DNA from: Styela clava
Lineage: Eukaryota
Assembly (NCBI RefSeq): GCF_964204865.1
Contig: NC_135259.1
Coordinates: 2,170,001 to 2,234,000, forward strand
Length of the DNA: 64,000 nt
Direction of reading: 5' to 3'
The notes beneath the pieces were generated by a model, which saw only the letters and a list, made by a program, of their open reading frames with translations, made no database searches and had not been told where the DNA came from. Positions 13,301-22,579 of this stretch are shown here, in pieces. How positions within the stretch are numbered: position 1 is the first letter of the stretch; each line of letters starts with the position of its first letter. Position numbers and translations under genes: made by a program.

Positions 13301-13872
13301 CTAGTTTGAGATCCGCGTCCACACGTCACACTGCAAGAAGACCACTGGGTCCATGAAGGTTCTATTGGATTAAATAGAAATATTCTCAAGCTCCGAAAAC
13401 GTAGTCTGTTGTTTATAGTTTAAATTAACCTTTCCAGAAAGGATACAACTGATGTTCTCGATTTACGATAATCTGTCAATACTAATATCAAGTCCATTCG
13501 CCGACTTGGACTAGGAAAATGTTCGTTTAGTTTCAGTCGATATCATACACAGAGAAAGCGACAAAACTGGCCTCCGTTGTCATTTGTGACTTCCATATCA
13601 GAAAGCCATACTATTTGTGCTTGTATTTTTGAAACAACTACCATAAAAACTCTCGCGAGCTACTCGCGAAAAGATAATTTTTTTTTACGTTCAACCTCGA
13701 CATTATTTCTGAAAAGAGTCCCATTATTAAATTGCTGTGACATTAGAACTGACCAGAAACGGTCTCGTTCTGTAGTAAGCATAGTGTAAATTTAATATTA
13801 CTTACCAAGAACAGAAGCCGTGCAAATTATTGGAAATAAAACCAGACAAAGCAGAAACGACGATGAATTCAT
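1956..13872 (-). CDS. Secreted TSP1 + VioB/RebD/StaD-like (chromopyrrolic acid / imino-arylpyruvate dimer synthase family) protein with C-terminal ferritin-like domain; 16 coding exons, ~1213 aa
   Basis: Manual model with all GT-AG introns, consistent phases and no internal stop. Exons: 13872-13806, 13361-13215, 12743-12622, 11574-11451, 11127-10944, 9836-9703, 9347-9128, 8951-8721, 7656-7453, 7004-6837, 6095-5944, 5756-5618, 4809-4715, 4333-4095, 3676-3500, 3194-1956 (3642 nt). Motifs occur in the order I recall for bacterial VioB-like proteins: SYLSWPRIHFHG..DVSTVNN, WNPDGSG, VIVDLDPDWQQASEIWG, LSISFVLD..GRITGTIG, PGSPR..LDGQIY, PTWQDIKDIF..YYNLYPVM, PRFMPTQRDLS..KR..IWNW. The ferritin-like part follows: LEFAVIPPYLTAWLSI, DEMRHM..NLLNSIGG, FSAIERP, TVGGFY, VTDLSSA..EGEG, SHYYRFQEI, FNGEP. 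Confidence 0.85.
5043..5226. repeat. Tandem duplication of a ~93-bp unit in intron 12; possibly a LINE 3'-end remnant
   Basis: Two near-identical copies starting at 5043 and 5136. The minus-strand translation ALIPQSVRHFN resembles the C-terminus of LINE ORF2 (weak). Confidence 0.7.
7832..8660. mobile_element. MITE with ~40-bp TIRs in a TA-rich site (Tc1/mariner-like), intron 8 of the VioB-like gene
   Basis: TATCGTCACGCTAATACCCGAATTGCGTAAGTCATTTTT ... AAAAATGACTTACGCAATTCGGTTATTAGCGTGACGATA. Confidence 0.8.
13215..13361 (-). CDS. Thrombospondin type-1 repeat exon (phase 1-1)
   Basis: WTQWSSCSVTCGRGSQTRWR..C..C..EEQRPC..C canonical TSP1 motif, bounded by AG and GT. Confidence 0.9.
13806..13872 (-). 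CDS. Signal-peptide exon of the VioB-like gene (MNSSSFLLCLVLFPIICTASVL)
   Basis: ATG at 13872, hydrophobic core, and a phase-1 GTAAG donor. A TTTTTAG acceptor about 14 nt upstream of the ATG suggests a 5'UTR intron or a trans-splice site. Confidence 0.7.
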
Positions 13873-14015
13873 TTGTTTATTATCTTCTAAAAATATCAAA
13901 TAAAAGAAGATAACAATACGAATGAATATTCAACTGACAATGCAACTATCTGTTTTATTGCATAATGGGTGTCACAGATGTTAAATTTGGCATTGCAATG
14001 ACGACATCGAAAAGA

Positions 14016-14322
14016 CGAGAATATCGGTCAGAGACCAAAGACTTATCGATCGAAAGTCAGGGGATCCCCCAAAACAGCGCTCTTACTCCATAGTGACACC
14101 TTGTGTCCCATCACTAATTAATTAATAACTCGCTAATTATACGACATAATTCATCTAAAATCAATAGGATTCTGTTCTGACATATGATGAATGCACAAGC
14201 AAAATCTGGAGCAGATTCAATCTCGCTTTCGTGAGATATCGCGTGCATCTAACAGACAAACAGACAGACAAGCAGACAAATACCTATCAACATACTTACC
14301 GATTAAAATCGATAAGTGATAA
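14016..14322. mobile_element. Interspersed ~300-bp repeat (SINE/MITE-like), copy 1
   Basis: Highly similar to 40897-41211, including the AAAC/AGAC microsatellite. Confidence 0.75.
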
Positions 14323-14423
14323 GGTTAAAAGTGTTGTGGCCTGATATTGGCTGAGACCTGCTATCAGAGATCAGGGGTTACGTGAAACAAACTACTGCAT
14401 ACCTTACCTTGGCGTATACTATT

Positions 14424-14540
14424 ATATTTAATTCAAGAGTCTCGCTGCACACTAACACAAATGTATTTCTGCATTGGGTCAGACGAAACGTTACAGAAAT
14501 ATATTTGTGTTAGTGCGCAGCGTAAATTTTGAATCAAATA
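14424..14540. repeat. Imperfect hairpin (small MITE-like element)
   Basis: GCTGCACACTAACACAAATGTATTTCTG ... CAGAAATATATTTGTGTTAGTGCGCAGC inverted arms. Confidence 0.6.
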
Positions 14541-15417
14541 CAAACTATATATTTATTAAATATAACAAGATTCCACACTGTAAAATTGAGTACTATTGCT
14601 CCCATCACTAACCCTGCAAGTTGAAAAAATTACATCAATATCATCGTGATAACATCCTAACATAAGTGGGGATTGAAATTGCTAAATAAATGCACTTCCA
14701 CTTGAACATCTTTTGTTCAGTAGAGTCGTTATTAAAAACAAAAGATACAATCAAAAGGTTTGTTTTTAGTCATTCTCGAAAAATGGTTAGTCATTTCGAA
14801 CATTTCGAGTCATTTCGAATTATTAAAAAAGCTAATGCTAATGTGTTTGAATGAAACAGCAAAAGAAGGTGTATATAGATTTTAGTTCAACACTGACTAT
14901 CCGACTATATACTGGTGTAATGCGAATTTCGCAAGAAATGGTAAAAGCAAAATTATAAAAAAAATGTAGAACTAGTTTGTGGTACAGTCGTTTGTTTGCT
15001 TTGTACAAAAACTTATTTGCATAATATACATAACATGCCTAAATTGACAAATCTTTTTCTATCTATTTCTCAGATACACAAAACTTATTATAAATTGATG
15101 GCTGTATCTTTCCCACAGAATAGTACATTATTATCTGCATGTATCGGGTGACTCACGTTTATGGCAATTGAAATGGTTTTTATAATGGCGGAATTGGCGT
15201 GATGTTCTAAACGAGACACGCGTCAACTTCTATAAAGCGACGTATTGTTGCTAGGAATACAGATATACTCCGAATTCTATATGCTCCTGACGTGGATAAC
15301 ATAAATAAATTGACCGACATGATTTGAAACACGGAGCGAGGACAACTGAACAAAACTCTATTTTACATAAATCACGCATATTTACTTAAAAAATGTCAGT
15401 TTGCTAATCAGTTAGCA

Positions 15418-15779
15418 CAGGGGTGTGTAACATGCAACACGCTGGTCGAATGCGCCATTAAGGAAAAATTGTGCCCGCGGAAAAGTGCCAATTTCGAATG
15501 ATGTGCGGCCCGCGAAACAAATTTTTAATTTAGTATGTGCGAGTAATTCCGATCCATTTGCCTTTCGAAGCCTTGAGTTCACTTTATTATCTATGGCTAT
15601 GCCTATGACTTTACAATGCCTTAACAGCTAGCTTGTGCCAACAACGCATGCCACAAGATCAATAACCAAAAATTTTGCGCCTGCAACTACTAGATAGTCT
15701 ATGTTAAGGTGCGGCCCGCGGTTCCATCCAGTCAGCGCTCCTGTATTAAATGCATTCTCACAGAATTCGCACACCCCTG
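15418..15779. mobile_element. hAT-type MITE
   Basis: CAGGGGTGTG...CACACCCCTG termini; 8-bp TSD AGTTAGCA/GGTTAGCA. Confidence 0.75.
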
Positions 15780-16267
15780 GGTTAGCATAACGTTGTTTAG
15801 TGCGATTAGAATATTACCGCCTTTCATATGTGCGATTCGGAAAATATAAACGCGACGAGTCCACGCACTTATTTCTCTTTCACATCGAAGATATAAATTA
15901 TTATAGCTATCTAACATCCTTTTTCCTACAGGAAAGCAACAAATAATAATAATCGATGACCCACGCGTTTAGAAACCATATGTTTCCGATATACTAACTA
16001 AAATCTGGAAATTACTGATGGTGATGACGCTGAGCAGAAAATTTCACAGAAAGGCGGAAGAATGTTATATGCAATTCATCACCATGCTGTTCTAATAAAT
16101 ATAATTAATTGATTTCAGACGAGGAGTTGTAGATAATGAATTTTTGTGCTTTATTTTTCGCGAAGCTTGGGTGTAACTGCTTTGTCAGACCTATATACGG
16201 ATTGTATTCAATATATATATACTTTGTAACGGTAACCACTCGTTCCGAACAACTGTAGTAAAAAAGA

Positions 16268-16371
16268 GGTGCTCCCGTAGTATGTGTACCAAGATGGAGC
16301 ACAACCTGAACATAGTATTAGTACCAGGTTAGGGTTGTGCGCCATCTTGGTACACATACTACGGGAGCGCC
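16268..16371. mobile_element. Palindromic MITE (GGTGCTCC family), short copy
   Basis: GGTGCTCCCGTAGTATGTGTACCAAGATGG...CCATCTTGGTACACATACTACGGGAGCGCC; same family as 46122-46336 and 60182-60421. Confidence 0.8.
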
Positions 16372-17576
16372 AAAAAATCGTTCCTACTTTCCCTCGATAC
16401 GAAGATTATAGAAGGTGGCGTTACAGGGTGTAAAATTTACCTATGGTGATATAATTGTTTTGACATACGATTTGCTCAAAATTGCAATATTTGTGGTTTC
16501 AAACTAGTAGGCCAAGCAATACATTTTTCTCGGTCTTGTCTAAGCTAGATTATGACTCTTGAATTCTTTAGCTTCAACATCATGAATAATATACGGGGCA
16601 AGGTCGACGAGTTTGTAATGTTTTCACTGGAGTCATCGTCTACGCGAATTAAAGAGTCGAACTGAGAATTCCAGACTTGAGACAATCTCATTCGTGATGA
16701 GAAACAAGTTGAAATTTTGTACAGAAACTCGGAAAAACTACTAAACGATATTTCATGCAAAAAAAAATATTTTTTTCATTGTTCGGATTTGATTTCGGAG
16801 TCAAAATTTTTTACAAACCGGATTTGGTTGTCGGAATCAAAAATTTTGTTCACCCGGAAGGCAGATTGTATATCTGGCACCGAAGTTCTCTTTTGTGATT
16901 GGTAGTTTAACACTGACTATATACTGGTGTAATGCGGGTTTTGCAGCAAATGGTAGATGCAAAATTATAAAAAATAATTGTAGAAATAATTTGCGGTACA
17001 GTCGTTTCTTTGCTTCGTACGAAAGCCTATTAGCATAATATACAAAACATGCCTAAATTAACAAATCTTTTCCTATCTATTTCTCAGATACACAAAACTT
17101 ATTATAAATTGATGGCTGTAGTACATTATTATCTGCATGTATCGGGTGACTCACGTTTATGGCAATTGAAGTGGTTTTTATAATGTTGGAATTGGCGTGA
17201 TGTTCTAAACGAGAAATGCGTCAACTCTATAAAGCGACGTATTGTTGCTAGGAATACAGATATACTCCGAAGTCTATATGCTTCATATGCTAAATTGTTT
17301 TTTTCATTGTTCGGATTTGATTTCGGAGTCAAAATTTTTTACAAACCGGATTTGGTTGTCGGAATCAAAAATTTTGTTCACCCAGAAGGCAGATTGTACA
17401 TCTGGCACCGAAGTTCTCTTTTGTGATTTGTATGACTATGTCTGTATAGAGTGTGGGAGCAATGTTATATATACTGTAATTATCAAGTAAAGTTGCTTTC
17501 ACTGATCTAGAAAAAAAAAATTGAAAGCTGAAAAAGCAAGTACAAATTCCTTTCATGGATAAAATTAAACATGGTA

Positions 17577-17764
17577 TGTGGGGTGTATGTTCATTGAACA
17601 CTGAAAGACGTCACATTGTTGTGCTTCGTTGTTGGAGTTATACAGTCTTGTCTAGTGAGATGCGAGCACGTGCAATTTGAGTATCAGAGTTCTGAGTTAA
17701 ATACGCAAGTTGAATCTGGTTTAATAAATCTGTTTGGGTGAAAAACAGTACAATTTGGCGACGG
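17577..17764 (+). mobile_element. Probable Gypsy 5' LTR with PBS
   Basis: AATAAA, then a ...TACA end at 17752 followed by ATT-TGGCGACGG (PBS-like). The left boundary is approximate. Confidence 0.5.
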
Positions 17765-18651
17765 TGATAATGAAGTACAGCGTGAAACATGAGAAAATAT
17801 ATATATTTTTAAATGGCATTTATATTATAACCCAGCAAAGTAAAACACATAGTTTTGTTCTTTTCCAATGTTTATACACTTTATCTATGTATATTGCTGA
17901 ATTTTGATATGTAGCTGATTCATTATTATCTCTATTATCTATTGTTTCTGATTATTTAGTCAGGACAGACTTGACCAGTCAGGACCATTATGAGTTGGTC
18001 GAGATGATACGACTCCGATCTAGACCTGTTCGTTGTCTTGATTCTGTACACGAGGCTGAACCTTCGTTCACAGTCGACAATGGAGGCTTGGAAGGAAGAG
18101 CATATATTTTGGATCTATGTACTTATAAGCTAATGACCGCGTGTGCCTGAAGCTCGCGACTCAAGTCAGGAGCCGACAGCGCTTGCGCTCCGTTAAACGC
18201 AGCTCTGCTTCAAGTTCCAACTGGTCTAGCCTAATCATCTACGGGCAACCAACAAATTTCCTGTAACAAACAGTGGACACAAGCTTTACAACTATCTACC
18301 AAATACCTATTTAGATTTTAAACCTTCCATATCTTTATTAACTACGCTACGGACAACAAACAAACTTCGCCGGCGTGACAACACGAAGTTCATGGCGCGT
18401 AATAAGAATTTCGGAATGCGACACCGGACGGCAATGTAGCCCAGGCCCAGGCTAAAAACGCCCGTCTGAGATAAATCAAGGTACTCGGATGTAATGGACA
18501 CGTGGGGGACACCACAATAAAAAGTGCTAACCTGAATACACGTGAAACATGGAACAGGCATTTATCGCGGACGTTATAGTGTGGCGGGACTGGAATTGTC
18601 CTATTTTGTCATTGTTTTGTATTTTATTTATATTTAGTGTCTAGTTATTGC

Positions 18652-19037
18652 TGGGGCTGGGCATTTTCGAATACCTTGTGATTTCAGAATCGAATCGAAT
18701 AATTTTTTCGAATCGAATCTTGAATACTTGGAAATATATAATTGGAAGCGACTTTTTTATAGCAATTGGTCTTCTTAACAAATGATTTACTGTAGAAATA
18801 GAATACGTCATTCAGATAGATTACTGAGCGTTCACACCTAATAACAAACACGTTTCTCACTAGAGAGTATAGTCATATGTTAGAATCGCGTTGAAAATAT
18901 ATGGCTTCAATTGGAAAAAAATTTGAAAATTCACCTCGACCATTGGCGGAAAGAAAAACACAAGATGGTGGCGATTCGAAATTAAGCTCTGAACCTATTC
19001 GAATAATTCACTATTCGATTCGAAATGCCCAGCCCTA
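18652..19037. mobile_element. hAT-type MITE
   Basis: TGGGGCTGGGCATTTTCGAAT...ATTCGAAATGCCCAGCCCTA; 8-bp TSD GTTATTGC/GTTTTTGC. Confidence 0.8.
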
Positions 19038-21727
19038 GTTTTTGCATATGCATTGGTGTGTGGAGTCTGAGCCCTAATTCGCCCAATAGTTAGATTCAGT
19101 TACTCGACTCCAACCACCACTGCATATGTAAACTGTGCTGCGGATTCGCAGTGTCAGCCTCTTTCTGCTTTGCTGTCCTAAGTGTAAGCTTTGTATTTTG
19201 TCGCTCTTATTTTATCTGCTTTAAGCGTGGATTTTACACTATTTTAATAAAGTCTCTTCGTTTGCATCGTGAACTTTGAACCTATTTGTGTGGCTTTGCA
19301 GCACACGGGATCTTCTGAACTAAATAATACAGTATTACTAGACTGTATGGACCTTTCCCCGACCTTTGACTTTTATTGTTTTGATTTTGGTCGCTCAGAC
19401 GAACATTGCAAATATTCAGGCTTGTGTAGGGCGATAGAGTGGTACGTTGCTCGTTTTAAAGGCCTTCGAATGGCATTTCACTGGTGATGGCGGTATTTTC
19501 GTGCTTCTAAAGTTATAAGATATTGTCAAGTGATCTATTATTAACGTTATTCCGCCTTCACAATGCCGTTACCCTACCTAACCTAGTTCCAAAAGCTTCA
19601 TTAACATACAAAAATGGAATCACTCAGAGATGACTTGGTTCTCCAAGAACCTTTCTTTCCACCAGCTGGAGAAGGATACAAAACTTTTCATTGAAAGTTG
19701 ATATTTAAACTTATATGGTTGAAGAATGTCAGAGGACTGTGAGACCTGCGTGACTACCGGTACCGTATCCCATGGTTCATAGACTACCGTAATAGATAGC
19801 GTCCAAGTTAGGACTAAAGTGGTGGGTTTAGTATAGAAACAAATGAAATGCAGGGGCAGTTTGAAAAGTCTTTTAAATACATTTTTGGAAAAATTGCACA
19901 AACTACAGCAATCTGTTTTTATGAACAGATGAATATTTTTTCCAGATGGTTCAGTCGTCAATCTTCAACGCTGGAGTTCAAAGCCAAGTGCTATAGATAA
20001 GTTCAGGAGACTCTGCCACCACACCATCTTCAAAAAGGGGTGTCGCTGGATAGTCACCAAGTCTCTGGTGCAATTTGTACATGCTAGGCACGGTGAGGGC
20101 ACTTAAGTTTATGCCGTATCATAGAAACACAGATTTATTAGCTCAGTAAGATGGGTGCAAATATACTATCGAAAGATTAGATTCAACAGGTTTATTGAGG
20201 TATTATGATTGATTACATACCACATGAAATTACAAGACCAATAATGTTATAGTGATAAACATGGTTTGAAAATTGTTGAATATTCATCAGAACTAGACTA
20301 CTGGTGCTTGTTGCCATATCGTTGGACTAACCAAGACTATCCAACAGATGAAAGTGAGGGGGTAAAAGATTTTCCGCCGAGCCAAGCATGTACAAGCCTT
20401 CCCCAGCATTGGTAACAACCTATATGGAGGGAACAAAATAGATCCAACAGTTTTGTCGTCTGTAGTTGGTGCTAAGCCCACAAAGTTAGATCGAGCCAGA
20501 GTTCCAAGCATACCGGTTCAACCAAAAACAGTCGGGTATCTGATAGGTTTTACAATATAGTTTATTCATTCAGTGTCGAAATAGAATATAACAGATTATA
20601 AAAAATATATGATGAAGGAACAAGCAAGAAAAAAAATCCAAGAAAATTACTACAAATTATACAGTTTCCCAGATATTGTGTTGTATAGGATAAAAATACA
20701 CACCAGATATATGCTTTTAGGCACAACAAACTAAAACCATGGAAGCAATGGAACGTTAAAATAATAGAATTAAATTCATTTCACAATTCCATTCACAGAC
20801 ATAATGCATCACAAAGATTTTACTGCCGAGTTATTTTATTAAAGCTGCCTGGTTCCATCTCCTGATAATATGGGAGAATTGCGCTCACTGAGCACTACCT
20901 CGTTGTTATATAGTCAGCCCATAGTCAGATGGGCAAACACCCACCACTTGGTTCGGTTCGAAAGTTATCTGGGGATTATGAACAAGTTGTAATTTATATG
21001 ACAGTGATAAATGCAAAACAACCTAACAAAATAATGCACACACCACAGATACTACCAAGTGCAGGGTCAACTTCTGGTATCAGAATCAGCTTGGTATGAC
21101 TTTGCAGTCCGCATAAAAATGATATTGCAATCACCAGGGTCACATCGGACATGGCTTGCATGCGAAGCATCCTCCATAAAGTAACATCATTTTATCACCA
21201 ATAGATTGTAAAAAATTCTGCATGAAGTCCCAAGTCTTCAATATTAATTTTCCTTCTTTATTCATCATTTTAACAGTTAGCAATTATGACCCCAATGCTG
21301 GAAGAAGTACGTGTTTTCTAATTTTGAATTACGTTAAAATTGTTGCCCGATTCTGAATCTTGTTAATTCTTTCGTGCCGTTTCATTATCATTATTTCGTA
21401 TTTTTTGTTGGTAGCTACTTTTTGAAATCTACGGTATTTTAAGTTATGCTTGACTTCCAGTTTTCTCTGCATTTTGTTTTATGTTGACTTTTTGTGTTGT
21501 TTTATGCCAGAGAACCAAAATAAAATGATGATGATGCTTGCTTACATTTTCTGCTGTCTGGCAAAGCACTGTCATTTTCATTAGCGGCACTTGAGGTAGT
21601 TTCACCTAAAGAGTCTGGGGGCAATCCCAGACAATCCTTTCTCACTTTCGTCAGATTCGCAAGTATCTGGTGACAGATCCTGTTAAATTATGATCCAAAG
21701 TTGAATTATGGTATAAGTAATCCTTAC

Positions 21728-22098
21728 CTCACTATTTGATGGTGCTTTGGGCGACAAGAATCTGATATAGGGTCAGGGTATTCATCAGTTGGTCCATCGC
21801 CTCCATGAAAATGCATTGCTTGTATGAAAATTTATTTCATATAAAAATTAACATATTGAATATATCATAGGTATCGAAAACAATATTTATGTTGGCCTAC
21901 CTTGGTACACACGTAGGTATTTCTGGTGATTTTTACTAGTTTGAATGTGAGGTCTGTTGCATTCCTTTATCCACATCATTGCTTTTTGGCGGTCAATATG
22001 TGGCTTCGGAAAAGGCACAAATCTTACTCCATTTGAACGGCAGGGGTACCGTACAGGTTGTCAGACCGGCAAATACCATATGCGCAGCGTTTAAACAT
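21728..22098 (-). pseudogene. THAP-domain gene remnant (frameshifted, spliced), probably from a DNA transposon
   Basis: MFKRCAYGICRSDNLY/PCRSNGVRFVPFPKPHIDRQKAMMWIKECNRPH/..KITRNTYVCTK | intron | HFHGGDGPTDEYPDPI carries the C2CH THAP signature with conserved P, W and F. At least two frameshifts. Confidence 0.75.
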
Positions 22099-22579
22099 AG
22101 TTAGTCTACGAAAATAATTCACTAATAGATTCTGTTTAATAAAAATGCAACTTTGTATCGAAGGCCAATTCTTCCGTACTGACATACGGTAGGCTACGGT
22201 ACCGGTACCCTTGATTGCATCAGTACCGGTATGATATGACTGTCTACAATTTTTTGGTTCGAAATAGCAGTTGGTTGACCTGTACGGTACGGTACCTTAA
22301 CTGTAAGGTGCCTGCAACGGGTACCGGTACATCCTTTTAGTATAGATATATAGATTTCGTGAACGTGACTTGCAACAAGTAACATACAGTATTACCGCTT
22401 TCTAATTCTCGCAGCCCTGAGAAAAAAAAGGGACAAAGATCTGCCTAAACCGCCAGCAACCTGTGATGAACGCGTCCAAAGTTGTCTGAGCGACTTTTCA
22501 GCGGAGAATGTTTGTTTACATCTGCTCGCTTGTGATTGGTTGAGAATACGGATGTTTTGATGTCGGGGAAAGGTCCATT

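Larger units (their letters stand above)
14883..17430. repeat. Local segmental duplications: block A at 14883-15285 and 16905-17285; block B at 16770-16900 and 17299-17430
   Basis: Direct near-identity seen by eye; the ORF track repeats FFHCSDLISESKFFTNRIW. Confidence 0.8.

Noticed and set aside
18580-19305. Possible solo LTR (TGTG...CACA, with AATAAA)
   Set aside because: No TSD, PBS or second copy in the window.
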